In this document: positions 12,295 through 26,424 of the stretch, piece by piece
Numbering within the stretch: the stretch's first letter is position 1
Layout: each line of letters starts with the position of its first letter
From: Eledone cirrhosa
Lineage: Eukaryota
Assembly (NCBI GenBank): GCA_964016885.1
Contig: OZ024743.1
Location: forward strand, 6,200,001 to 6,264,000
Direction: 5' to 3'
DNA: 64,000 bases
Notes under the pieces: generated by a model
The model's database searches: none
What the model was told of the DNA's origin: nothing
The model's input: the letters and a program-made list of their open reading frames with translations, nothing else
Made by a program: the position numbers and the translations under genes

Positions 12295-13070
12295 GTACAA
12301 GACGAGCCAACGAAGGAGCCTTTACGTGGTGTCTTGGCCTGCTGGAAACAGCAGCAGCCAAATCTTTCTCAAACCACACCTTATTGTCTTAAATGAAGAT
12401 TATATTGGACAATATAGCCCCCGATGTACAAAAACACATGCGGTAACGACTGACAAACAATGACATAAAAACATAAATTGCTTGCTTATGGTTGCTTATC
12501 GTTGTCCATCTAATCCAATTGTGACCTTAGAAATAAATACATCAAAATAAACAATAATGGTAAAAACTAAAATACTCCAGTAATATAGAGATCATTGCCA
12601 ACCCCAGTCCACCACCATCACCACCACCGTTATCATCATCATTGTCGTAATCGTCGTCATCGTCATCAATTGCAGCAGCAGCAGTAACAACAGCAGCTAC
12701 TGACAACTTAATCTGGAAACAACCGTTGCACTATAAGAATTATATCTCCATCAACATTAATGCGAAAACAAGAGCTACGACGATGGCGTTGACAACTATA
12801 TTTGTAATAAAACTTTAGCGATGATAGAACCACGGTTGTTATTTAACCCGCGGTCAACCTGAATAGAGAAGACCTATAGTCAAATTTATCCAAACCATAA
12901 CCATTGTCTTTTTTTTTTTTTTTTGTAATGCTTTGTATAGTAGGACTACATTATCCAATGTGTATTTCTTTTTCTAAGGCGGTAAAATGTGATTTGAGGG
13001 AGATTTGGTTACTATTTCTCGAAGCATGACCGATACCGTAGCGGTTTTATTTTGGGCTTGAGAACCACAA
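12295..13070. repeat. Two old copies of an unclassified interspersed repeat in opposite orientation (~12295-12540 and ~12830-13070)
   Basis: GCCAAATCTTTCTCAAACCACACC..ATTGGACAATATAG resembles the reverse complement of CTACATTATCCAAT..GTGATTTGAGGGAGATTTGG. Confidence 0.5.
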
Positions 13071-14723
13071 TTAAAGGTTAAAGGACACATACTAGAATTT
13101 TTTGTTTTTTTTGTGTTTTTTTTTTAGATATTCTTTAAGTTTTGTTGTCAACATCATTGTAGGTTTTTGTTGATGTTGTTGCTGTTGTTATTGTAGTAAT
13201 GTTTGTGACAATGGTAGATGCGATGGATGACATTAAAGTGAAATAATAACATTGGTAAGAGTTGAAGTTGAAAGAACGGTTTTAATACTTACAGTGAAGA
13301 GAGAAGGTCACTACCAAAGAAAACGCCGGCCAGTTCATGTTACACTTTTATATTGGTGTTTTTTAAATATAATATGGAACTGTCATGTAACCTATTGCAT
13401 GTGGCTTTCCTTCTACGATAAATAGTTTCCTTCCAGTGGTACCGTTGTTTAGTAATGCACTCTTAAATTGAGCTACAGTGCACTTACGGACACTGAGTAG
13501 ATTATATTCAGGTTTGGTTGGGGTATGAGTCTGCGCAAATATGTTTTCATATATTAATATAGTATATAAGTCAATGTAGATAATATGTATGTTTATGTGT
13601 GTATACTAATGACTGCATGCCTGTGCATGTGCGTGGGTGTACGATAATGCATGGGCGTATAAGATTTGTATAAAGGAACTGTAAGATATATACGTCCGTT
13701 TATATGCCTACATATATCAGTGTGTGTGTATATGTAAAGGGTGTCATATACGTGTATGTATGTGTTAGTTTGTATAAATCTGTGTCATTGGTAACTGTCA
13801 GTAAATAGTGAGAGTGTAATGTAACCCGACTATGCGTGTGGATTTAGACGTCGATGTATGTGTTCCTATGTCGATAAGGGTGTATTTATGTGACTTTGGA
13901 CAGCGTTTAGGTGTATATGTGAATGCGTAAATGTAAGTTGATGTGGTACGAATGTTTTTATTTATTGGTATGAGTTGTGTGTATATTTTTTTACGGTGTG
14001 CAAGATCAGAGAGGAAATTATTCAAGTTCAAATTTGACAAGTTTGTTACTATATCTCTTGAGATCCTTTTTATATTATTAAGAAGTTTTTATTGATTTGT
14101 ATTTACTTTACACACATCTTCATTGTCCTTTCTATAATGTCTCTATTTCTCCATCTTCCTTCTTAGTTACTAGCTTCATTAGGTAGTCAGTCGCTCGGTC
14201 TTTTCGTGGGCTGGTTGCTTGCTTTCCTTCTCCCTGTGTCATATCGGTCTGGTATGTCAGTTCTTTAAATAAAGAAACTAAAATACAGTGGGGGAAAGTA
14301 GCATGGCGAGAATGAACTAGAGAAAGTTGGTGGAGACCATATTAGTTCCACAATGTCTACTTCTAACACTGTTCTACCATCCCAGCGTCTGTCATTGCTA
14401 TTCATTGCCTCTCTATCTGTTGTACTGCTGATAACACTAATAGGGGTGCTACTGTCTTTTATTTTTCTTTCCAGCCTTTACTCTTGGTAACAGCTTCCCT
14501 TCCCTCTTCCCCATCCCCATTCTCCCCCCCCTTTCCAATTTTGATATTATTCCTACATGTTTACTCTATCTCCATATAAAAATATACAACTTTAAGCCTT
14601 GTTTTTTGCAAATGTTTAATAATTACAAAATTCGTATTTGTAAAATGAAATGCGAGATGAAATAAAAAATAAAATACACAATATTTGACATTACAATTTA
14701 TCATCATCATCACCGTCATCATT

Positions 14724-14767
<44 letters not shown>

Positions 14768-14770
14768 TAT

Positions 14771-15027
14771 TGCTCTCCCTGGGTGCCCTAGAAGCGCAGG
14801 GTGGTTCAGGATTGGTGGGGTACCTGAAGCATCCCAGGGTCGTACACCCCCTATCGGGGAATTTATTTTGTTATATTTATGCATAGTTTATTTTATATTT
14901 TTATATTTTCATTGTTAAATTAGTCTTGCCATTGTGCACTTTTACTCCACCTTATTGTAAACCCCCACTGTCCCTGTCTTTGTATTGTCCCCTACATGTC
15001 GGCCCTGGTGGCTAATAAATGAAATCC
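14771..15027 (+). mobile_element. 3' UTR fragment of a Tx1-related LINE in an (ATC)n/(ATT)n tract
   Basis: Ends TTTGTATTGTCCC..GCCCTGGTGGCTAATAAATGAAATC, resembling the 3' ends at 3088, 38019 and 54532. Confidence 0.6.
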
Positions 15028-15192
15028 TTATTATTATTATCATTCACAACTTCAGTCATCAGCAGGATCTCTCCCACTCTGCAAACAATTTTGAAACACA
15101 TTTTCAACCCGGTGAAAAAATAAAAGGACATCCAACATAGAGAGCGATGGAGAATTGTATATATAAAACATATGTGAACGCGCACGTGTGTG

Positions 15193-15957
<765 letters not shown>

Positions 15958-15959
15958 GT

Positions 15960-17655
15960 GTGGGTACGTGATACTCCATGTCTATTATGTTGAGGAATTA
16001 TATAGAGTACATAGTTGATTCACACGAGGTCAGAAACATTAACCTAACATCTAGCTTCTTTGTGGACGACCTGAAAAGTATGTAAAAAATATGAATGATG
16101 TGAAGAAAAGCCTTGACCTGGTTACGATATTCGCGAATGATATAAGGATGTAGTTTGGCCAGGATAAATGTTCTTACAAGATTGTAAAATATGTAAAAAC
16201 TACAAGCCAGTGTAGCAACATCTCTATTAATGGCCTGACTATTTCACCGATATCTGATCAGGAATGCTACAAGTGCTCATGGATAGATGAAAAATTATCC
16301 TATGATGGAACTTCTAGCAATTAACGCATAACTGTGAAAGCGTAACTAGAGAATATATTACCTGGATAAAAAATAACACGGTTCTAGGAACTCTACATAC
16401 AATAAATCGGTGGCTCACGTGTTTGCTGTACCTGTACTCATACCAACATTTGAACAACTTGACTAGATGTTAAACGAGATCCTATCCATTGATGTTAAAA
16501 CCCGAAACATTTTAAACCAGCTCCAGAAATATCTACATCAAGTGATTTAGACCGTCTCTACTTAAAACGTAAATAGGGAAGCAGAAGCTTAACCTTGAAT
16601 CAAAGGGCCTTTGAATGTCACATTATATTGCTTCTAAATCTAGTAACCACGAAGCCTAGAAATTCCTCCATTGAACATATTTATACATGAGGCTAATGAA
16701 ATCAAGAGAGTTGAGAAGGATCAAAAATAGCGATTCAGGGAAGCTGCATAGCAATAAAGCAACGAATCAACAGATAAAAGAGTGGCTTATCAACTGAAAG
16801 CCATGCAATGCTATGTTGTCAAGAACCTTGAATGTAACTAGAGTAGTTTATCTTAAACTAACAACAAATATTTTTGTTCTCACTTTGAAGGATATGATTT
16901 TGCAGTACAGGAACAGGAAATATCAATGAACTGATGCCCAAAAGGATTTAAGGTGCAGGTAAAGCAGCTAGATGCGACAACAGATGCAGACTCTACGAAA
17001 TAAACACTGAATATGTCACCCACATCGTGATTAACTGTTCGAAGTAATAATTATGGTATTATCTACAGGCTATAATGCAATCCATAGAAAAGATAGTGCT
17101 GAGAATAGAATTATTAAAAGTTACAGAAATGTGGAGGGCTTAATGTGAAAGAGTACTGGTGGTATATTTCTGCCAAAAACACAGGAAAAAGTAGACAAAA
17201 CAGACCAGACGTAATGATATGAGACAAAGTAAAGACAGCATGCACAGTAATGGAAATCAGTTTCCCAGCAGATGTTAATATTATGTTAGAGGAAAACATC
17301 CATACCAAACTAATGAGAAATCTGCATATAGTCTATCCTAACTATAGATTTATATTTGTACCTGTGATCATTGGGGAACTTGGATATGCTACTTACAGCC
17401 TTAGCACAAAATTTCAGAAGCCGGGCTTCACAGAACCAGAAAGAACATGATTAATTAAACAATTACAAGTACATGCTATTAATGTAATTGCGAAAATGTG
17501 TAAAATATTTCAGATGTTTAGCATGTAATAACTGCATATATATACACATGTATACATAGAAACGTAGACATCTAGAAATGTATGTGTACGTTCACATATA
17601 TAATTCAAAACATACCGATCCACACATGCAATTACATCCATTCCTGCACACATGC
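15960..17655 (+). mobile_element. Degenerate 5'-truncated R4/Dong-like LINE (RT C-terminal half, RLE, 3' UTR) ending in (TACA)n
   Basis: FVDDLK, DIRM*FGQDKC, FAVPVLIPTF, FAVQEQEI, RPDVMI, EISFPADVN, PVIIGELG; many stops and frameshifts. Confidence 0.8.
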
Positions 17656-17735
17656 ATACATACATACATACATACATACATACATACATACATACATACA
17701 TACATACATACATACATACATACATACATACATAA

Positions 17736-18112
17736 ATGATGGCTGTCCCCTCGTTATCAAGTATGGCCATCGCACGATATAACATTATTAATAATTTATT
17801 AATTCTATCGTGCAATGCCTGTGCGTGACGAATATTTTTAAAGTGAGGAAAGACTGTGCACTGAGCCAACCCCACTCTCTGAGCGACAGTAGCTATAACC
17901 CGAAAAGAAGAAAAGATCAACATCATCGGTAACTACTGAGCTGCAGGTTTTATATCGGAGTTATCCCAGTTACCTAAGTTGCCTTCTCCTAGAAGAATGC
18001 CCTGACAAAGGCTAGGGGTCCTTCACTCTCAGTGGTTTAACCACGCGATCGGGTGACCAGCCCGACTATTTCTATGTCCCCGCGCATTTCTGGATATTGT
18101 ATGCATTTCCGC
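17736..18112. mobile_element. Diverged relative of family X
   Basis: ATGATGGCTGTCCCCTCGTT.., GCAATGCCTGTGC, AAAAGAAGAAAAGATCAACATCATCGG and CCTTCTCCTAGAA..GCCCTGACAAAGGCTA align with 21731-22155. Confidence 0.65.
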
Positions 18113-18257
18113 GACTAAAGTCCAGAAATAGCCGTCGAAACAGCTTGAGCTCTGCCGTCGGGGTCATACCTTCTCCTATTACCCACTCTACTACCCTAAG
18201 TATTGAGTACTCTGGTGCGTTATGGTCCATCTGGTTCCTTACCACAACTCCTTCGTT
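18113..18257 (+). mobile_element. Family Y copy (apex, right arm and tail)
   Basis: GACTAAAGTCCAGAAATAGCCGTCGAAACAGCTTGAGCTC..CCTATTACCCACTC..CCTTCGTT(AT)n. Confidence 0.8.
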
Positions 18258-18361
<104 letters not shown>

Positions 18362-18707
18362 AGAGAGATAGAGAGATATAGATATATTAAAATAACAGAT
18401 TAAAGTTTAAGCAAAGAATCGCTGCTTTCACCCTTAATGGGATCTTCTGTTATTTTAATACATATTTGTTCTACGGTTTTATATATTTGATATATATATT
18501 ATCCTTATCAAGCCCTCTTCGGGTTTTAGTCTTCACATTTATTATTATTACTATATATATATATATATGTATGTATACATATTACACTCACATACATGCA
18601 CGCGCATACATATGTGTGTGCGTGCCTGCATGTATCTATGTTCGAATGCATGCATGCATGTATGTATGTATGTATGTATATATGCAGGCATGCTTATATG
18701 TATGTAA

Positions 18708-18782
<75 letters not shown>

Positions 18783-18785
18783 TAT

Positions 18786-18949
18786 ATAGGAAAAGGGTCA
18801 AGACCCCGACGGCAGAGCTAGAGCCGTTTCGACGGCTATTTCTGGAGTCCAGAAATAGCTGACCCTTTTCCTATTACCCACTCTACTACCCAAAGTATCG
18901 AGTACTCTAGTGCGTTACGGTTCACCTAGTTCCTTACCACACTTCCTTC

Positions 18950-18952
<3 letters not shown>
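18786..18952 (+). mobile_element. Family Y copy with internal deletion in the right arm
   Basis: Left arm, TCTGGAGTCCAGA apex and tail, between (TA)n tracts. Confidence 0.8.
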
Positions 18953-18991
<39 letters not shown>

Positions 18992-19770
18992 TGTATAAAA
19001 GCTTCAAGCATAGGCATCGCTTGATATGTGACATTTTTTTAGATGCATATTATTACTGGTCATAGGAAAGTCTCTAGCATGGCTAAAAAGCCACGTCTGT
19101 GATGCTTATGTTTAAGTGTCAAGCGTCAGCATTGCTCGAAATATCGAGTAGCAGCCATTATATATGTATGTATGTGAGCTTTGACGCCATTTTTGCCTGG
19201 CTGTAATATCCCCCCATACACACCCACACCCCGCCCAAAAGGACATGTGACCAAAACAAAAACTTTGTTTATCAAACTGACAATAACAACTTTCTAGCTT
19301 AAATAAGAATGTAATGAAAGAAAGAAACAAACTAAACTTTAAAAAAAAATGAAAAAAAACTCCCTGGGGCTTATAGAATAATTGCGTTGGTTGTTATAAC
19401 CAAGGGTTTTTGAATAAGTAAAATGGCTAGTCTTCGTATTTCAAACGTGGTAATCAGGATCATATGCTTTTTTCATGGGGGAATTATAACTTCCGTTCGT
19501 GATAATGGAAAATTAGCACTTCATGACGTCATTAATGCTACGAGTCATATTGTGTTCTCCATGATTGCTTCTAGAATTTCAGCTTTGAAATACATATATA
19601 ATGCTATTTCTATTATGAACTATTTCCTCTCCAACAAACTAATACTAACACAACTCCGAATAACAATAATATATAAGAATATCTAATCTCTTTGCCGTTT
19701 TCTTATTTGATATAATTTTATTAAGTTTTTCCATTTTGTTCTTTTCTTTCATAAATTAATTTGTTAACTG

Positions 19771-19804
<34 letters not shown>

Positions 19805-19837
19805 CTCTCTCTCACACACATTTATATATATACATAA

Positions 19838-20105
19838 CTGGCACTCTGTCGATCAACGGAACAGCCTGCTCGTGAAATTAACATGTAAGTGGCCAAGCAT
19901 TCCACTTAACGTAGTTCTCAGGGAGATTCAGCGTAACACAAAATGTGACAAAGTTAGCCCTTCGAATTACAGATACAACTCATTTTTGCCAGCTGAGTGA
20001 ACTCTAGCAACATAAAATAAAATTTCTTGCTCAAGAACACAACGCGCCGCTTTGAATCGAACTCACAACCTTATGTTCGGTAGCCAATCACGCTAACCCT
20101 TAAGT
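19838..20105 (-). mobile_element. tRNA-derived CORE-like SINE (second SINE family; relatives at ~30970-31230 +, ~39660-39930 -, ~63830-63935 -, ~2200-2350 +)
   Basis: On - strand: B-box-like GTTCGATTC followed by GTTGTGTTCTTGAGCAAG..TTTATTT; similar to 31010-31070. Confidence 0.65.
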
Positions 20106-21030
20106 CATGCTAATGCACATTTGTTTTCCGTTATTGAGGTTCCTACACCCTAATATAATCCTATTTGGAATCAACTGAAAACACATATTACGCATTAGAT
20201 TATAATAATGTGACATTAAACGGAAAGTGGAAAGTAACACTTCACTCCGTTCATAGTTATTTTATCCTAATTCGTATATTCTTGAAGAATCTATCATATG
20301 CAATACCCGATGATTTTATGTGTCAGAGGTTGTAAATAGATATTACATGTTATTTATATTAAGAGTACATATTTCGCACAGCTTACAATTTTCTTTATAA
20401 TTGTAGCTCACATTCAAATCAGCAATTGCTAATTTTACAGCCAAGTTGCCCAGGTTGTGAATATGTTATAAATTAAGTCTTAACTTAAAATGTAATAAAA
20501 ATGGTAACTTTGGATTCTTCATCTATTCCAGTATTACCATAATTATTTGATATTCAACATGATTTATAATATTGGTGAACGTATGTAGTTAGTTGTTCAT
20601 TATATTCCCAAATGTATTAAAACACTTACAACCAGGACATGAAACCTAGTTACACAGTTCCCTAGAGGGACATTACATTTTCCATTATTTATCTTCATTT
20701 TAATATTTGATATAATAATTATATTAATTTTCCACTTGCTCTGTTCTCTTATTTACCCTTTCCTTTGCTGATTGCTTCAGGACATGATTCCTCCAGTGAT
20801 ATCAACCCTCGCCCTTATTTTGACCTAGAATAGTATTTTAGTGTTTGTACTAAGCCCCATAAAAACAGATTGGATGGGCTGGGTGATAACCTAAATCAAG
20901 AATTTGATCCTCTGAAGATTCCATTTTCAAATGTCCTGCCAGGTAACATTCCAGCCCATCACCTGTTTCCACTTTATCCAAGCACCCTATTTTCGCATTA
21001 CTACTGCACCAACATTATTCTCGTCTTCAT

Positions 21031-21173
21031 GCAAAGTTAACCTCGGCGGGATTTGAGCTCAGTACGGCCCTTTCCATTCTGAGTTCAAATCCCGCCGAGG
21101 TTAACTTTGCCTATCATCCTTACGGGGTCGATAAAATAAAGTACCAGTAATGTTGTACCAAAAAGTCGAAACA
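21031..21173 (+). mobile_element. Meta-like SINE with 5' inverted duplication and 17-bp TSD
   Basis: GCAAAGTTAACCTCGGCGGGATTTGAGCTCAG / CTGAGTTCAAATCCCGCCGAGGTTAACTTTGC; TSD ATTATTCTCGTCTTCAT at 21014-21030 and 21174-21190. Confidence 0.85.
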
Positions 21174-21344
21174 ATTATTCTCGTCTTCATATTTGCAGTG
21201 ATGGGTTTTTTTTTCTTTCATACTGTTCATTGTGATTTGCTTATAACAATTGTGTTGATGATATGTTAATATGAATAAGCCTGTAAAATGATTCAATGTT
21301 GAGCTTATCTAGTTAAAATAAGAAGTAAATACTTGTTTCTCATA

Positions 21345-21678
21345 CATACATGGTCCTGTAACTCCTGAGGGAGTCGTAGAGGCGCCGTAATGACATACGC
21401 CGTTTCTAGGGCATTTTTAAAACTTGGCGGATCCCATCTTCTCTCCAGGTCTGAATACAGTAGATTTCTTCCAGTGAAGGATAGAGAGCGAGAGAATGGA
21501 AGTGGGAAAGAAATGTAGAGGAAAAATTGACCCCAGTACTAGACTGATACTTTTTTTATCGACTTGAATGGATGAAAGGTAAAGTTGACCTCGGCGGGAT
21601 TTGAACTCAGAGCAGAGAGCCGAAAGGAACACCGCAAACGAATACGGACGTTCTAACGACACTGCCAATCCGCCGCCA
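21345..21678 (-). mobile_element. Meta-like SINE, long-tailed subfamily (second copy ~48325-48560)
   Basis: Same head and core as the other SINEs but an extra ~170-bp tail (GGGCAT..TTTAAAA..TGG.GGA.CCCATCTTCT..CCAG.TCTGA..GAAGGATAGAGAG) shared with 48340-48490. Confidence 0.65.
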
Positions 21679-21730
21679 CATACATACATCATACATACGT
21701 TCATACATACATACATACATACATACATAC

Positions 21731-22368
21731 ATGGTGGCTGCCAACTCGTTTTCGAGTACGGCCACTACTTTACATCCATGTAGGATAACCCCTACCGAAG
21801 CGCTGAACGAGTGTGACTTTTTAGTCCAGCCAGCGACTTGAAACCTCTGGTACAAACACCACACCTGTGACAATCACTGACACATAGTGCTAGGCCCATG
21901 GTAGGACAATCATTGACACATAGTGCTGGGCCCATGTGAGGACAAGTGCAGAGAGATCTCCAGATATAAAGCAATGCCTGTGCCGTGAAGCTTTTATAGT
22001 GAGCAAAGGCACTGCACAAAGCCAGTCCCACTCTCTTAACCAAGATGCTATTTACCAAAAAGAAGAACAAGTCAACATCATTGGATACCATCAGGGTTGC
22101 AGGTGTTATATCAGAGTTTTCCTTCTCCTAGAATTCTGCCTTGACTAAGGCTAAAGGGGTCATCTCTCCCGGTGATTTTGGATGGCCATTGACTCTTAAG
22201 AGCTCCTTTGCCCTTTGACAGGTTTTGTTTTTAGTCCTGCAGGATGTCCAAAGTCACCCTCCTCACCAAGAAACCTTGGTGGGGTTGCCAGTTTAGTCGC
22301 CAACGACCCGACCATGAGACAGGTTGTACTGGGATACATGTTACCAGTAGCACCAACTGGTGACCTGA
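21731..22368. mobile_element. Family X, longest copy (~640 bp), within (TACA)n
   Basis: Starts ATGGTGGCTGCCAACTCG; (TACA)n on both sides. Confidence 0.78.
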
Positions 22369-22560
22369 CATACATACATACATACATACATACATACATA
22401 CATACATCATACATACGTTCATACATACATACATACATACATACATACATACATACATACATACATACATACTTACATATATACATACATACACACATTA
22501 CATACATACATACATACATTACATACATACATACATACATACATTACATACATGCATACA

Positions 22561-22591
<31 letters not shown>

Positions 22592-22662
22592 CATACATAC
22601 ATACATACATACATACTTACATATATACATACATACACACATTACATACATACATACATACA

Positions 22663-22693
<31 letters not shown>

Positions 22694-22783
22694 CATACAT
22701 ACATACATCATACATACGTTCATACATACATACACACATTACATACATACATACATACTTACATATATACATACATACACACA

Positions 22784-22814
<31 letters not shown>

Positions 22815-22902
22815 CATACATACATACATTACATACATGCATACATTACATACATACATACATACATACATACTTACATACATTTATACATACATACACA
22901 CA

Positions 22903-22933
<31 letters not shown>

Positions 22934-22979
22934 CATACACACATACATACATACATACTTACATACATACATACACACA

Positions 22980-23010
<31 letters not shown>

Positions 23011-23077
23011 CATACATACATACATACACACATTACATACATACATACATACTTACATATATACATACATACACACA

Positions 23078-23108
<31 letters not shown>

Positions 23109-23140
23109 CATACATACATACATACATACATACATACACA
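22369..23140. repeat. Compound (TACA)n microsatellite, ~770 bp, with higher-order variants
   Basis: Direct reading. Confidence 0.95.
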
Positions 23141-23899
23141 TAAGATAATTTTTTCTGTTGCCTAATAGTTTGTTTTTCCTCGCTGGTTCTCTCTTTGTTT
23201 GATGTTATTAAGTTATCATCTCTTCTATAATTCCCGTGGCTTTTTTTTCCTTTCGCAGAATTCTTACTTTCTTTGAGAGGTCTTGCAGATGTTTGTTTTC
23301 TTTTTTATCTTTTATGTGCCAGTATTAAATTTCAAACGTTTGCATCTTTTGGAGTTTATTAACCACCATCTACGAACAGACATTTGGTAGTATTATGGGA
23401 AATTGTGATCTAGTGCTGATTATAATCTGACCATGTGTCTAATCTTTTTCTCGTGCAAACCTCTCTGCATCAGCCGTACTTCCATTTAGCGGTTTCTGTC
23501 ATAGGTCTGGTTGGTTTGTAGGAATTTGCGTTCAAGATTTTAATTAAACCTGTACAATGGGTACTCTTACAAAAATCGTGTCATTGCATCAGTTAAAATT
23601 ATTATTGTTGTATAATACGTGTGTTCAAGTTTCCTACAATATTTTTGAAATGCTATATGTAAGTATAAAGCCTACTTGCTTATGCAACTACGTGGAAACA
23701 ATGGTAAGCACCAAGTTCGTCATCTTGTGATTCTTTTCCACCTCAGTGCTCATCAGTTCAGTTCCCTATTTCATGTGCTGGATAATTTCCCTCTTGTATC
23801 ACATATCAGTCACCTTTCATTGTTGAGTGGTTCAGCTAAAGACATTTTGTTGATATAGAAATCGTCAATACCTCCAACCATATTAATTTAAGGACTTCA

Positions 23900-24190
23900 T
23901 ACCCACAATGCTTGCCTATGTGCTTAATCTATCTCTCTTCTCTTGGATCGAAGCTTTCTTGTCATGCCATCTTAGTGTAGTATTTGCTGACATGACTCTC
24001 CCCAACCCACATTCTATCAGATCTGATCTACTTCTAGATTCCATTGTGTCAGGCAAACTCTTCTTTCAGTACAATAACATTGTATTTGTTGCTATTTTTT
24101 TTTACCACGTACGCCTATATTTCAATTGATACCACCCTTTATTGCACTTTAACCTTATGTACACAGATGATGACACCAAGCTTCATTCCG
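23900..24190 (+). pseudogene. Very degenerate LINE (CR1/Jockey-like) RT relic
   Basis: SWIEAFLS..SVV...HSIRS....SIVSGKLFFQYNN...MYTDD.TKL loosely follows WI..FL...SGVPQGSVLGPLLF..YIND...FADDTKL. Confidence 0.35.
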
Positions 24191-26424
24191 CATTAGCCGT
24201 AGAAATTCATTGTTGTAGTACAAGTGGTCACAATAAGGATATAGAGACTCGGGATGACGATGTTTTCATCGCGTTTCATATCGTGGAAGGCTAGTAGTCG
24301 GCAGGGTTAGAAATATACGGCATAGAGCATGCTGTAGTTTGCTTCCCAAGATTGAGATGATTCCTGTAGAGAGAGAGAGAAAAGAGCTAACGCTAGATGG
24401 CACTGTTTGAATGAACTTGAACACCATTTTTACGGGGAGGTTGCTTACTACTGATGAAAACGATTTACATAAAAAACACGGTGCTTACATATAATCATTT
24501 GCGCAACCAAAACCAATTGAATTTTCACGAAACTAACTGCATAACGTTTTGGCGACAAATTATTCAAAGATTTTCAGTGCTTTTTTATAACCATATCAAC
24601 CAACAAATATTTGAAAACACAAAAATGTTTAAGATTTTGCATACGTATGATTGCAGCTAGATAATAATGTTATGTAATAGATATTCCAATTGTTCTCAGA
24701 AAGGCATTTGGAAGAGCTATAAACTGACTGAATATCATATCGAGACATTAACTTATATTGTGTTACATCTCATTCATCATATCAGAGCTGTGTTCTGTAT
24801 GGGCGTGTACATTTGTATACAAAGGAGTTGTCTACGTGTAAGGCGGGTCTTTGTAGCGGCGTTCTCTGAAAAGTAAAGGTATGCAATTTACAATGTCCAA
24901 TCAATATACAGTCAGATTTCGGTACATAGCAGCTCTATACTTCAAGGATTTATGAATCGTTTAGTATAATCGTTTAGTAGGCTTATATCTAATCTAAATA
25001 TTGTTTTACAGATACAAAAATCAAGCCTGTAATGTAACCATAAAAAACTTAAGAACCCTGGGCCTTTTAAAAAAAAGATCAACAAAAAAAATTACGTATA
25101 TGTCGATGTAGATCTAAATCTGGATCTGGATCTGGATTCTGGGTATCAAGATGCATATGTAGAATTCTAAATCTTGATTTACTAAACTATCGAGATTACA
25201 AATTTAAAATTCAATCACGAAAAGGTAAACTCTAACCAACAATTCTCACAAAACTTTGTCACTACCATGGCTCATTTACCAGGTAAATAACAATTTCAAT
25301 GTAACATATATCTAAGAAAACTTAAGTCGTTGGTATAGACTAGGGTCCCTAACATGGTGGGGAGGCACCTTCAGCGGCATATCATTTATACACCGGGAAC
25401 TAGCGAAATATACCGTGAGTTTGTCATTGCATAAATATAGTCTTCGCGTTCTTGGCAGGTTTCTGCCACCCATCTGATATTACAAATTTACAGCTAGTGG
25501 ACGATACAGCCCATGTGGAGGAGCTATTTTATCGAAAGCAACTTCTTCCAATGTTAGATATTTTTTTCTTGTTGGGGAAGATCAGATAAAATATTTGACA
25601 CGATGCGATAAAATGAGTTTTTAAACGATTCTCGTGCTACTTGTAATCATTTATCCATGTGATTCGTGAATATTTTCAATGCCATATTTATATAAATTGT
25701 TTTTTAAATACCACAAATGAAATTTCTTTTTTTCCCTTGTAATTTTAACTGCTTGCGCAAAGATTCTTGAAAAATAAGCGTAAAAGAAGCAATTACCTCT
25801 TAGTCCATTGTTTATAAAAATTAAAAAAAGGTGTGCTTGCGTGCAAAAACATGATTTTCACATTTTAGTAAAAAAATCAAGTATCGTTTAACATTAATAA
25901 AACCGTGAAAAAAATGTTCCTTTTACAATACTAAAGTAGGAAAAAATATCTTTCTTATATGTTTTTTTGGTTATTACGCCAAAAATACTTATAGAGATCG
26001 TTGGTTATAACCTTTAAAAACCATGGGATTCTGCGCACGATAAACAAACATGGGCATTAATTTAAAGCTGGGTAATTGCTAGCCTTGTGCCAAAAGTAGA
26101 AACAATTGATTTAAAGCTACTTCCAGCATATCCTCTGAATAGAAATGTTCAGTGAACTTTTGACACTTTAAATTCAAATTTACAGGAGATGGCTTCTTCC
26201 TCTCCGGAGAGAACCTCCACCTCTCAAGAGATGGAATCCCCTTTACAGAAGATGGATTCTTCATCGACTTAGGTAGTTAAAACTTTGCTCACACTTTTGA
26301 ATGTGTTAACTTATAAAGAGAAGAGTCTTTTCCCTCTATTTTCGTCAGGTTTCTATCCTCACTACTGTGAAGTCGTCCACTCCCCACCTTTGCTGTTGCT
26401 GTGAACTATTCTTTTTTTCCACCA

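Noticed and set aside
18385-18545. Island with a 15-bp inverted repeat and, on - strand, GAAGA-TCCC..GGGT-GAAA
   Set aside because: The CUGA core and stem I are missing; at best a decayed remnant.
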